A stretch of DNA of 64,000 nucleotides, taken from positions 1 to 64,000 of the forward strand of contig CDROCS010001117.1 in assembly GCA_977020255.1 (NCBI GenBank). The letters are read 5' to 3'. Position 1 is the first letter of the stretch, and every line of letters starts with the position of its first letter. The notes beneath the pieces were generated by a model, which worked only from the letters and a program-made list of their open reading frames with translations, was not told where the DNA came from and searched no databases. The DNA is from Obrimoposthia wandeli (lineage: Eukaryota). The position numbers and the translations under genes are program-made. This document shows, in pieces, positions 10,704 through 22,863 of the stretch.

Positions 10704-11939
10704 TTATAAGTTTTCAATATTTAAGCTTTGACACCATTCACTAGCTTTTAAAAACTCTTCTTGTACCATTTTTTGATCTAAAGAGTATTGATGTAAGGTC
10801 TCATTTAAATTGCCATTGGTTGTTAAATCTTCATGGCCCAATATATAGCTAGTCGTTAAATCAAGTAATTGGCCAAGTAAACCCGCATGTTTAACTAACG
10901 CACTTTCAATAGGCTGAGCTAATGGCATTGTTTTAACTATTTCAGCCATAGGCATTGAAAGCATCACTTCAATAGCACTGAGCAACCCGGTAATAAAGGC
11001 AAAGTCACTCACTGATTTAAATACGCCTTTATCACTTAAAGCAAACATCATTTTACCTGTGATAAGTGCTTGTTTACATACTTCATCTGTCGTTTCAGAG
11101 GTTAAATTAGATAGGGCTAAAACAGAAACAAACTGCCTTAATTTATCTTCACCTAAATATGCTGCCGCTTGTTTTAATGATGTTATTTCGACTCTTGTGC
11201 CTGTTGCGACATTATTAACCATCTTTAATAAACCAACGGTTAAATTGACATCGTGACTTATTATTTCGGCCACCGTTTCATAATTAAGCGGATAATTAAA
11301 TGTCTCGCTTAATAGTTGTAACATCTGTGTTTTTATTGGTGCGAGTGCTTGGCCTGCTATTATTTCAGGCTGATGGTAAAAATAGCCTTGAAAATAGTTA
11401 AATCCAACTTCTACCAGTGTTTGTTTTTGGTTTTTTGTTTCTACTTTTTCAGCGGCTATAGCGACATTAAATAGCTTCATTCGTGTGACAGCAGGAAATA
11501 AACGCTTGGTGTTTATTTTTCCAATATCGACTTTAACTATATCAATGTAAGGAAACAACACATCCCAATGTGGTGCTAAATCATACTCAGTTAACGCAAT
11601 TTTATAACCTTTGTCGTAATAAAACTTTATGATTTTTAATAATTTCTTGGTAGGTTTTTCATGTCCTACCAATTCAATGACGATAGTGTCTTTATCAAAC
11701 ATTAATGGAAATTTATGAATTAATGAATTTTCAGTGAAATTAATAAAGGCTAATTTACCCATAGTAATCTTTTGAATATCACCATGAATATGGTTTTGAA
11801 TAATTAACTTGGAGCTGGCGACATCTTGTTCTATATCAGGGAATTTATTATCCAGACTATCTCTAAATAATAATTCATAGCCTATGGTTTCTAGTTTTTC
11901 ATTTAAGATAGCTTGTCTAGCTATATAAGTATTTTTCAT
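10704..11939 (-). CDS. EAL + HDOD domain protein (YuxH-like)
   Basis: YIARQAI...GYELLFR, AEKVET and FQGYFY in the EAL-like half; HDVNLTVGLLKMVN...ITSLKQAAAYLG in the HDOD half. Confidence 0.88.
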   Translation of the reverse strand: MKNTYIARQAILNEKLETIGYELLFRDSLDNKFPDIEQDVASSKLIIQNHIHGDIQKITMGKLAFINFTENSLIHKFPLMFDKDTIVIELVGHEKPTKKLLKIIKFYYDKGYKIALTEYDLAPHWDVLFPYIDIVKVDIGKINTKRLFPAVTRMKLFNVAIAAEKVETKNQKQTLVEVGFNYFQGYFYHQPEIIAGQALAPIKTQMLQLLSETFNYPLNYETVAEIISHDVNLTVGLLKMVNNVATGTRVEITSLKQAAAYLGEDKLRQFVSVLALSNLTSETTDEVCKQALITGKMMFALSDKGVFKSVSDFAFITGLLSAIEVMLSMPMAEIVKTMPLAQPIESALVKHAGLLGQLLDLTTSYILGHEDLTTNGNLNETLHQYSLDQKMVQEEFLKASEWCQSLNIENL

Positions 11940-12133
11940 TTTAATTTTGATTTTTGATAAACTACTTTGTAGCCAGATTAGCATTATCGAGTAAAAAAGC
12001 TAGCGTAATTTTGTCGATTAGCAACGGATAGAGTTCGAACAGTAATTGAAATAAAAATTTACAATTACTATCTTGAAATAATAAATTTATCACTCAATAT
12101 AGATATAAGTAGTCGTTTATTTTTGAGGAACGT

Positions 12134-12436
12134 GTGTATAAATTAATTTTTGCAATATTTATATTTTGTGCAACCAACTCACATGCTGAGTCGGTCTATA
12201 ATATTGCCGATGAAATAAGTTCTAACACCTCAAGCCACTTAATTTTTGATGCCTTAACTGAAATAGAAGTTGATTCAGAGCTAGAATTTGATTTATCAAT
12301 TGACAACATTGATCATAATAATCGAATTCTTCAATTAACCTATTTATCTCAGTACTCACACAACAATAACGTCCTATTATTAAATAATAAATTTCAGTAT
12401 TTACGCCCTAGAGCCCCTCCTTTTTTCATCATTTAA
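12134..12436 (+). CDS. Small secreted protein with C-terminal RAPP motif (candidate translation-arrest leader)
   Basis: Signal peptide MYKLIFAIFIFCATNSHA; ends RPRAPPFFII-stop, with the RAPP codons at 12410-12421. Confidence 0.7.
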   Translation: MYKLIFAIFIFCATNSHAESVYNIADEISSNTSSHLIFDALTEIEVDSELEFDLSIDNIDHNNRILQLTYLSQYSHNNNVLLLNNKFQYLRPRAPPFFII

Positions 12437-12513
12437 ATTTCACAACTATAATTACATCAATATTAGTATCTATTTTCGATGTAATGTCGCCAATTTTTCG
12501 TGGAGATTTACTT

Positions 12514-12828
12514 ATGATGGTTACAACCACTTTTCGTCATAAAACTCAGGATTGTCAATTGAAATCCTATGTTAATAAAATTGTAGAAAACCTTAGCTTT
12601 TATACTGATTTGATTAATTGCATACAAGTAACTTTTGAAGCTGATAGCTGTAGAAAAGGCAATGCTAAATATGGTTGCCATATCTCACTACACTTACTTG
12701 GCAAAAAAAATATCGATATAAAAGTAATTTGTAGATATGCAAAAGATGCATTCGATCAGGCATTTAATCAATTAAGTAACAAGTTAAAAAATTCAGTCAG
12801 ACATAAAAAAGGCATTGAAAATTCGTAG
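12514..12828 (+). CDS. HPF/RaiA-like (S30AE) protein, divergent
   Basis: Pattern LKSYVNKIVENL...IQVTFE...CHISLHL...KDAFDQAFNQLSNKL. GGAG RBS ahead of the ATG at 12514. Confidence 0.65.
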   Translation: MMVTTTFRHKTQDCQLKSYVNKIVENLSFYTDLINCIQVTFEADSCRKGNAKYGCHISLHLLGKKNIDIKVICRYAKDAFDQAFNQLSNKLKNSVRHKKGIENS

Positions 12829-12877
12829 TTGTTTTTCCGTTACACACAGATAAATTTTAACATTATCAGAGGTTATT

Positions 12878-13438
12878 ATGAAAAATTTACAATTATTTGA
12901 TTTAGATTTAATAGACAACATTATCTCACCAGAAGATTTTAATCAGACTTCTTTAATGTCTCCCGCAACAGATATTTTTACAGACTTTAAAAAGCATAAG
13001 GCATTAATTATTGAAGATGAAACTCCGGCCGGTGAAGCTTTAAAACTGATGGTAAAGACTCACGTTCGAATGAAAATTGTTATGTCAAAAGACAATGACT
13101 TTATGGGAATCATTAGCACGAAGGAATTAAACGAGCAGACAATAGTCACCGCTATTGCTAAAGGAAGTGAGCGACATGAAGTATTGGTGAGTGACTTAAT
13201 GGTGTTAAGAAGTGACTTACATGCATTTGATTTTAATGAATTAGAGACAGCTACAGTTAATGATGTTGTTAATGTTTTAGAAAATTATGGATTACGTCAT
13301 TGCTTAGTTTTAGATAGAGAACACCACCACATTCGAGGTGTAATCTCTTCAAGTGATATTGCGAGAAAGTTACATTTACCTATAGATATTTTTTCAAAAA
13401 CTTCATTTAGTCACGTGTTTAAAGTTATCCATGGATAG
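12878..13438 (+). CDS. CBS-pair domain protein
   Basis: Two CBS repeats (DNDFMGIIS; HHIRGVISSSDI); GAGG RBS. Confidence 0.85.
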   Translation: MKNLQLFDLDLIDNIISPEDFNQTSLMSPATDIFTDFKKHKALIIEDETPAGEALKLMVKTHVRMKIVMSKDNDFMGIISTKELNEQTIVTAIAKGSERHEVLVSDLMVLRSDLHAFDFNELETATVNDVVNVLENYGLRHCLVLDREHHHIRGVISSSDIARKLHLPIDIFSKTSFSHVFKVIHG

Positions 13439-13804
13439 GTATTATTGGACCCTATTTGATGGTCTTCAACGATAAACATTAGTATTCAAAGTCTAGTATT
13501 TAATTAGGAACCAACATTATTTAAGTAAAAGAAATAATCAAAGTATAGTCATTCTATGCTTTGATTCTCTACCGCAATATAAAGTCATTTATCATCCCAT
13601 AGAAGCTTGTTTGCACTTTTATCGTGTCCACTCTATTCTCTACTTTATCCTAGGTAGTCTATCAATTACTCATAGTTTTCCTCACAGGCAGTTATTGTTA
13701 TTCATCCATGAATTCCGTTAATTAGCCGTATTTGAATATCCCAGTATTAATAACCTTGCTATGGTGAGTTATAAACTAAAAGCTCAACGAACCCTAGGAA
13801 ATTA

Positions 13805-15109
13805 ATGAAATTTTTAATGAAAGTATCTACGCTTATAGGGCTAACCCTATCTACTTTAGTCTCCACTCAAATATCAGCACAAACGCAGGTAATTCATGCA
13901 GGTGAAGTGTTAACCGTGCCTGGAAAAACGCCATTAACTAAACAAACCATTGTGATTGAAGATGGCGTTATTACCTCGCTGAAGTCAGGTTTTATTCCTG
14001 TAAATAAAATAGATAAACAAGCACAATTAATTGATTTATCTAAGAGCTTTGTTATGCCCGGTCTTATGGATATGCACGTGCACTTACAAGGTGAGTTAGG
14101 TCCTAAAAATGACAGTGAAAAACTTAGAATGTCAGATGCTGACAAATTAGTGAAAAGTGCTTACTTTGCTAAAAAAACCTTACTGGCTGGATTTACTACC
14201 GTAAGAGATTTGGGTGGCAGTCCTGAGCAGAGCTATGCGTTACGCGATGGTATTGCTAAAGGTTACTTACAAGGTCCAAGAATTATAGCAGCAGGTAGTA
14301 ATGTTGCTGTAACCGGCGGTCATGGCGACGTTGATGGCATGAACCCCGCTTTGTTAGAAATGCATACGGCTAAAACGGTGTGTGATGGTCCTTATGATTG
14401 TCGACGAGCGACCCGTCGTGCGATAAAGTTTGGTGCTGATGTTATTAAAATAACCTCTACAGGTGGTGTTTTATCAGACACTGACACAGGAACAGGTCAG
14501 CAAATGGCTGATGATGAACTAAGAGAAGTTATTGATTCTGCCCATGCATTAGGTAGAAAAGTAGCTAGTCATGCCCATGCCGCAGCAGGCATAAATGCAG
14601 CATTAAGAGCCGGTGTTGATAGCATTGAACATGGCAGTTATGCCAATGAAGAAAGCATTAAACTGTTCAAGAAAACAGGCGCTTACTTAGTGCCTACCTT
14701 GATGGCTGGCGATACCGTAGTTGCCTTAGCTAAAAATACTAACTTTATGTCGCCAGCGATTAGTGCCAAGGCCATTCGCGTGGGTGGCGATATGATCGAA
14801 AACTTTAAACGTTCATACAAGTCAGGGGTTAAAATAGCCTATGGCACTGACAGTGGTGTTTCTAAACATGGTGATAATGGTAAAGAAGCAGTGCTCATGT
14901 TTAACGCCGGCATGAAAGCTCAAGATATTTTAAAATCAGCAACAATCAATGCCGCTGACTTAATTGGTAAATCCGACTCGTTAGGCACAATAGAAGTAGG
15001 TAAAATAGCCGATATTATTGCCATGGATAATAGTCCATTAAAAGATATTAAAGAATTACTTGATGTTGATTTTGTTATGAAATCTGGTGTTATCGTTAAA
15101 CAGCAATAA
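13805..15109 (+). CDS. Secreted metal-dependent amidohydrolase (Xaa-Pro dipeptidase-like)
   Basis: Signal peptide; MPGLMDMHVH, carbamylation-site Lys in VIKIT, ASHAH, SIEHG and GTDSG motifs. Confidence 0.9.
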   Translation: MKFLMKVSTLIGLTLSTLVSTQISAQTQVIHAGEVLTVPGKTPLTKQTIVIEDGVITSLKSGFIPVNKIDKQAQLIDLSKSFVMPGLMDMHVHLQGELGPKNDSEKLRMSDADKLVKSAYFAKKTLLAGFTTVRDLGGSPEQSYALRDGIAKGYLQGPRIIAAGSNVAVTGGHGDVDGMNPALLEMHTAKTVCDGPYDCRRATRRAIKFGADVIKITSTGGVLSDTDTGTGQQMADDELREVIDSAHALGRKVASHAHAAAGINAALRAGVDSIEHGSYANEESIKLFKKTGAYLVPTLMAGDTVVALAKNTNFMSPAISAKAIRVGGDMIENFKRSYKSGVKIAYGTDSGVSKHGDNGKEAVLMFNAGMKAQDILKSATINAADLIGKSDSLGTIEVGKIADIIAMDNSPLKDIKELLDVDFVMKSGVIVKQQ

Positions 15110-15207
15110 ATTTATTAGCACTTTATAACCTTTGGATTAAAGTCGAATAATCAAAGGGCACTAGATTAAAAAACATATAAAACTAAAGCCTCAAAACAGA
15201 ATAGAAC

Positions 15208-15241
15208 AAAGCCAGTAACTCCTTAAGGAGTTACTGGCTTT
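15208..15241. terminator. Rho-independent terminator (perfect 34-bp palindrome)
   Basis: AAAGCCAGTAACTCCTTAAGGAGTTACTGGCTTT followed by more T. Confidence 0.8.
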
Positions 15242-15282
15242 TTATTACTAACGAAAGCATAAGTATACGTTCAATTTACAGC

Positions 15283-15471
15283 TTATATTTGATAACTAAA
15301 GGTCAGTTTCACGTTACGCTCTTCCTCTGGCATACCACCTAAGAACATTGCCTTGTTATAATAAACCTCATCGAACAGATTATGAATGTTCAATTGTAGC
15401 TTTCAACTTTCCGCATGATAACTTACTGAAGAATCAACCACGGTATAGCTTTGTACATAACCATCAGCCAT
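15283..15471 (-). pseudogene. C-terminal remnant of a TonB-dependent receptor
   Basis: My translation: MADGYVQSYTVVDSSVSYHAES*KLQLNIHNLFDEVYYNKAMFLGGMPEEERNVKLTFSYQI*. The LNIHNLFD...Y and RNVKLTFSY motifs are typical TBDR terminal strands; an internal TGA sits where Trp is expected. Confidence 0.8.
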
Positions 15472-15754
15472 ATAGTGACTCAATATCTCCCGGCTTTATT
15501 TAGTTTTTACTTGGCAACATTGATCGCCATAATAATTGTTTGAGTAGTTACAATTAACCGCCGATTTTTTAGTGCTCGTTAAATGTAAAAGTACTTTTAT
15601 TGTATTTATAATATTTTTCATTTTTGTTCACCTTGTACATTAAGATGATACTAGTGTGCGCCTCCTTTGTACTTCAGTAAATCAAACAAAATTGAACATG
15701 TAATTCTATAAAACTAAACCACTAACCATAGCGCTAAGCTAAAACAGTCAATAC

Positions 15755-16663
15755 TTAAGCCAAGTCACACTTTTTAGTAAGCTGCTGGGCAAAAATATCC
15801 TTGAGCATGGTTAATTCATTAGTCCTGACATAATTAGGCCTAATCACTAAGGCTATCGTTCTATGTGGACCAGGCTCATTTAAATGAACAGCCCTAAGTT
15901 CGGATTCATTATAGGTCAATTGATCTAATGCCATCTGTGGCACCAGTGTAGTGCCAAGCTTACCCGCGACCATTTGAACTAAGGTATGTAAACTCGCTGA
16001 ATCAAAATCAGAATCTTGTTTCTTATTTTGTAAACTACATGCTGCTAAAGCATGTTCTTTTAAGCAATGCCCCTCTTTTAACAACATCAACTTATCAATT
16101 TCTAATTCTTCGCTGGTAATTTCTTGTAATTTTTTAGGACATTCATCTTTATGACATACCCAATAAAAGTCCTCTTGCCAAAAATTAAAACTCATCAAGC
16201 CTTCTATAGGAAAGGGTAATGCGAGGATAGCGGCATCAATTTCTCCCGTGCGTACCTTTTCAACTAAAATATGGGATTGTTCTTCAATAATTTTTAATTT
16301 AAAACTTGGAAATTGCATTCTAACTTCAGGTAATACTTTAGGTAAAAGGTAAGGACCAATTGTCGGGATCACCCCGATAGACATGGGGCTATAAAAAGGT
16401 TGTTTATTGGTTTGCGCTATCAGTAATAGCTCATCTAATTCCAACTTCACCCTTTTAGCTTTATCAAGTATCAACTGACCATTATTGGTTATTAATACCT
16501 GTTTATTATTACGTTCAAAAACAGTAACCCCCAACTGTTTTTCAAGTTCAGTTATTGCCGTACTTAATGCCGATTGAGACACATTGCACGCTTCTGCAGC
16601 CTTTTTAAAGTGTAATGTTTTTTCAATAGCTAATGCATAGTGCAGTTGTTTTAATGAGATCAT
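15755..16663 (-). CDS. oxyR: OxyR-like LysR regulator
   Basis: LysR HTH; LLKEGHCLKEHALAAC has both redox cysteines at C199/C208 spacing; divergent from katG. Confidence 0.88.
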   Translation of the reverse strand: MISLKQLHYALAIEKTLHFKKAAEACNVSQSALSTAITELEKQLGVTVFERNNKQVLITNNGQLILDKAKRVKLELDELLLIAQTNKQPFYSPMSIGVIPTIGPYLLPKVLPEVRMQFPSFKLKIIEEQSHILVEKVRTGEIDAAILALPFPIEGLMSFNFWQEDFYWVCHKDECPKKLQEITSEELEIDKLMLLKEGHCLKEHALAACSLQNKKQDSDFDSASLHTLVQMVAGKLGTTLVPQMALDQLTYNESELRAVHLNEPGPHRTIALVIRPNYVRTNELTMLKDIFAQQLTKKCDLA

Positions 16664-16816
16664 ATTTTAATGATTAATTTTATTGAACATTAAAGTGATT
16701 TTAATCAGAAATACCAAATTAGTCATCCTAAAAAAATAGAACGTTATCTTCAATGTAATCAATTATTCAAAGACCCTTCTTTTTTCTATGCTTTATATGA
16801 GATTTTTATAACTAAA

Positions 16817-16870
16817 AGGGTCTGTTGACCTTTCGAGATTATTTTTGCAGCGAAAGATCAGCAGCCCCTA
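16817..16870. mobile_element. Collapsed MITE (two terminal inverted repeats only) in the katG leader
   Basis: AGGGTCTGTTGACCTTTCG...CGAAAGATCAGCAGCCCCTA. The left part matches the element starting at 63781. Confidence 0.75.
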
Positions 16871-16871
16871 A

Positions 16872-19109
<2,238 letters not shown>

Positions 19110-19177
19110 GTTTGCATTAATTAAATAAAATTTAGCTAGTTTTAGTTAATTTTAGTTATCAAAATCTAGCTTCACTT

Positions 19178-19214
19178 AAGTAACTAATACGCCTAATAGG
19201 TGTATTAGTTACTT
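19178..19214 (+). terminator. Hairpin between katG and the peroxidase gene
   Basis: AAGTAACTAATAC-N11-GTATTAGTTACTT followed by TATTTTT. Confidence 0.55.
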
Positions 19215-19253
19215 TATTTTTAACCTCTTACATCACGTATTTATAGCCAACTA

Positions 19254-20261
19254 ATGACTAAATATTATCTCTCTACAATATTGCCATTGTTATATTTTGT
19301 TGGCATTAGTCAAGGTTACACGCAATCCTCAACACACAAAGTTGCGCTATCCTTCTTTGAGCCGCTGCCACATATTATGAAAGGAGCTGAACAAGATACT
19401 TCAGCATTGATTAGCTTGGGTAAAAAATTATACTTTGAAAACGCGCTATCAATAAACCATTCTCAATCATGTAACTCTTGCCATGATCTCAACAATGATG
19501 CATCAGGCGTCGATCATTTAAGAGCTTCAATAGGTGCCTTGGGAAGTGTCGGTGAACGTAATGCTCCCACTACATGGAACGCTGGCTTACATGTCGCTCA
19601 ATTTTGGGATGGGCGAGCGAAAACATTAGCACAACAAGCTAAGTTTCCCCTCTTCAATGCCAAAGAAATGGCAATGACCTCTGAAAGTCAGGTGATTGAA
19701 CGACTCCACAGTAAAGGTTATTTAGCTAATTTTAAAGATGCCTTTCCAAAGAAATCATCACCAATTAACATAGAAAACACTTCTCAAGCACTTGCTGCGT
19801 TTCAAAGAACATTAATCTCAAAAGATCGATTTGACGATTACTTAGCAGGCGATAGAAACGCAATAAATCAAAGTGAAAAATCAGGTTTATTAGTCTTTAT
19901 AGAAAAAGGCTGTGTCGCTTGTCACAATGGCGCCGTACTTGGTGGTCAGCTCTTTATGAAAATGGGCATCGTTCACCCCTATCCCAATAAAAAAGATAAG
20001 GGCAAAGCGCAAGTAACGGGAAACCCTGCTGATAATTACTTTTTTAAAGTGCCTTCTTTGCGAAACATACTAAACACCGCCCCCTACTTTCATGACGGTG
20101 CAGCGGCAACCATAGAGCAAGCAATTGAAGATACAGGCTGGCATCAGCTAGGTATTAAACTCAACAAACAAGAAGTTAACTCTATTAAAGTATTTTTTAA
20201 TACGCTTAATAATCAAAAAAGCATCGAGATGGTGCCCAAAAATAAACCCGAAAATAAGTAA
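19254..20261 (+). CDS. Di-heme cytochrome c peroxidase (Ccp/MauG family)
   Basis: CNSCH and CVACH heme motifs; RNAPT, QFWDGRA and FKVPSLRN...APYFHDG. Confidence 0.93.
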   Translation: MTKYYLSTILPLLYFVGISQGYTQSSTHKVALSFFEPLPHIMKGAEQDTSALISLGKKLYFENALSINHSQSCNSCHDLNNDASGVDHLRASIGALGSVGERNAPTTWNAGLHVAQFWDGRAKTLAQQAKFPLFNAKEMAMTSESQVIERLHSKGYLANFKDAFPKKSSPINIENTSQALAAFQRTLISKDRFDDYLAGDRNAINQSEKSGLLVFIEKGCVACHNGAVLGGQLFMKMGIVHPYPNKKDKGKAQVTGNPADNYFFKVPSLRNILNTAPYFHDGAAATIEQAIEDTGWHQLGIKLNKQEVNSIKVFFNTLNNQKSIEMVPKNKPENK

Positions 20262-20430
20262 ATCTGTTTTGAGTTTTCTATTGGTTTTATTTCGCGGTAC
20301 TGGCAACAGCCAAAGAGTCCATTTTTATAGATAAATTACTGAACTTGGTCGTTATCATGCTTAATTAGTTTAATTTAATCATTTAACCTGGTCACTTTGG
20401 TAGAGGGTTAAAGTGACTAGGTTAAGCCAT

Positions 20431-20455
20431 AAAAAAGCGAACCTAAGTTCGCTTT
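20431..20455 (-). terminator. Terminator of the atc-like operon
   Basis: AAAGCGAAC-CTAA-GTTCGCTTT with a T-tract on the minus strand. Confidence 0.65.
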
Positions 20456-20531
20456 CTATTGTTGTAAATCGACTAATTACCTAATCTCTGAAGTATCACT
20501 ACCATTGAGGAGAGCCAATTGAGCAAATAAT

Positions 20532-21452
20532 TTACCTATCGTCTGGCATTAAATAAGCGAGGTCATCTTCATCGTCTGCATGAAAATCATACCCCCCCTC
20601 AAAATCACCATGTAATTCATTCGCAACAGTAAGAGGAAGTTCTAATATTTCTTGAATATGAATAGCAACATCAATTTGTTGATTAATGATGCCTTTAAAC
20701 TCATAGAAACTTAATAAATCTATTTCTTGTAAGTAACTCTTAGTCAATATTGACAACTGCCCTGTGAGCTTTAAGATGCAAAGCTCTACCTTTTCAAGTA
20801 AGTCATCTTTATTGGTGCTAGTAAGGTAAGTATTGAACGTTTGATATAGCGAGCTGGTAAATACTTTTTTATCCGAGTCGATCATTAATAAAGCAATCGC
20901 AGTATTAATGAATCGTTGCAATTCAAACAACAATATATCTTCATCATTATCAACCAGGATGGTGCTGGCACAATAGCTGGCGGCAATGTTTTTATAAACA
21001 TCTAATAGCTTCGCACTTTTATAACCTTCTTTGAGTAAGCTATCATGCATGACTCTAATATCAGCGGTGTCATTAATTGCTAAGGCATAACTAGTGATTG
21101 AAATGCTTTCAAAGTATGAAGGAGATATTTTCTTCAATTGCGCATATTTAGCCCAACCCGCTCTGAAGCAATACACAATGCCTTGAGTTTTTATAATCTC
21201 TTTTGCTTTAACTTCGTCTTTATCACAAAGATCTAATAAACCTAAGTTGGTGATACCTAGAACAATTTCACAGCCTTTATTAATTTGATCCGCATAAATA
21301 ATAGATAAATTATCAGAGGCTATCCTCAAAGACATATCAACTAATTGTTGTTTGATTTTATGCACTAACTCCGGAGAAAAATAGCCCTCGCTTTCTCCAT
21401 CTTTTAAGACCAAAAGTAGAAACGGATGGTTTCTTAACTCTGCAATTCTCAT
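20532..21452 (-). CDS. atcC: AtcC-like cold-adaptation protein
   Basis: Last gene of a four-gene operon led by a short PX7W J-domain protein; acidic tail. Assigned by synteny. Confidence 0.7.
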   Translation of the reverse strand: MRIAELRNHPFLLLVLKDGESEGYFSPELVHKIKQQLVDMSLRIASDNLSIIYADQINKGCEIVLGITNLGLLDLCDKDEVKAKEIIKTQGIVYCFRAGWAKYAQLKKISPSYFESISITSYALAINDTADIRVMHDSLLKEGYKSAKLLDVYKNIAASYCASTILVDNDEDILLFELQRFINTAIALLMIDSDKKVFTSSLYQTFNTYLTSTNKDDLLEKVELCILKLTGQLSILTKSYLQEIDLLSFYEFKGIINQQIDVAIHIQEILELPLTVANELHGDFEGGYDFHADDEDDLAYLMPDDR

Positions 21453-21498
21453 TAATGAATCCTACTTATATAAAACTTATAGACATAATTCGTAAATA

Positions 21499-22146
21499 TT
21501 AAAGCGGTGCAAACATGTCATCGGTATCTATTTCTACCGAGGTAACTCTTTGTTTATTTGCATTGTCTTTCAACGCTTTTTCAACATTTTCTAACGTACC
21601 ATTACTGCTTACCACCATAACTTCACGATAAGCTTCTTCATCTAATGTTTTAATTTTCATTAACAGTTCTTCAATACTGCCTGATGTTTGTTCTTCATCT
21701 TCTTCTATTTCAGAAAAGTCATGACCGACAAACGGTAGAGACAAATATAATAAGCCAAAATCATCTTCTACAATGGCTTTTAAAACTTCTAACTGTTTTT
21801 CTTCATCGTCAGAGGAGAGAAAAATTTGTGACAATAAACTATGTGCTTCTGTTTGTGCGCAAAATACGTGGTCTTCATCGATATTTTGCCAATAAGAAGG
21901 TTCAACATTTAATAACTGTTTAATTGACTCCGCATCCATTAACCAGGTAGCGATAGAAGGTATGGTGGCATCGTGTTCTCGAACAATTTTAGCGACGGTC
22001 AAAATATCCATCTCAGTTAACACGGCTAACATGGTTTCATCACCTTGCTCAGAAGCGATGGCCTCTAAAGATGTACCCGCGCGCCTACCGCTTTGTTGTG
22101 CGATTTCAATAATATCGGTAGCCAAAATGAGTGCATTTTTCGTCAC
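21499..22146 (-). CDS. atcB: AtcB-like protein (RNA polymerase-binding in Shewanella)
   Basis: Third gene of the operon, very acidic. Assigned by synteny. Confidence 0.7.
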   Translation of the reverse strand: MTKNALILATDIIEIAQQSGRRAGTSLEAIASEQGDETMLAVLTEMDILTVAKIVREHDATIPSIATWLMDAESIKQLLNVEPSYWQNIDEDHVFCAQTEAHSLLSQIFLSSDDEEKQLEVLKAIVEDDFGLLYLSLPFVGHDFSEIEEDEEQTSGSIEELLMKIKTLDEEAYREVMVVSSNGTLENVEKALKDNANKQRVTSVEIDTDDMFAPL

Positions 22147-22312
22147 GATTATTCCTTAAAAGTATTTATATCAAGTGAAAAAGTAGACTTGCTAATGCGG
22201 TCCACATTACTTCAATTGTTATTATATTTTTCCAATAGATGACCTAATTTAATCAATTAGGACAATCCGATTTTTAAAAGCGAAAGTTTTGTTAAAAAGC
22301 TAATATTTAAAT

Positions 22313-22774
22313 TTAATAGTTTTCATCAAAGTCGTCAGATCCATAATCATCAACTTGATCAAAATCATCTTCTTCTGCTTTTAATGGTGTTGCATCATAA
22401 CGGTTATAAAAATGAATAAGTAAAACGGCAATTTTTAAATCCTGCTCTTCATGTTTCATCATTTCAGTGATACAGGCTCTGGCATCCGCGTGTACACCAA
22501 CGAATGGCTTAACATCCGCCCATGAAGGTTCTTCGGCTAAATCGACTAAAGCCAAGTTTTTACTATCAATTCTAATTTTTGTTGTTATTGCCATGGCCAA
22601 TTGATCAACCATACCCGAAAATAATAACGGGGTAGCTTTTAACTGTTCAAATAAATTAGTTAGGTAAATTGATAGTAATTCAGGATTCTCAGGATCAGTT
22701 AACGACGTTACATTTTCTAAATACATAGAAAAATCATCAGTTAAATAATCAGGTATATTTTTGTCAGTTTGCAA
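22313..22774 (-). CDS. atcA: AtcA-like protein
   Basis: Second gene of the operon, acidic. Assigned by synteny. Confidence 0.65.
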   Translation of the reverse strand: MQTDKNIPDYLTDDFSMYLENVTSLTDPENPELLSIYLTNLFEQLKATPLLFSGMVDQLAMAITTKIRIDSKNLALVDLAEEPSWADVKPFVGVHADARACITEMMKHEEQDLKIAVLLIHFYNRYDATPLKAEEDDFDQVDDYGSDDFDENY

Positions 22775-22863
22775 AGATTTTTCCCTAAGTGCGTCTTTTT
22801 CAAATTAAAAGTATGGAGTATTTTCTGATTGAACCTTTTCTGATTAAATCAATTCATTGCCGT

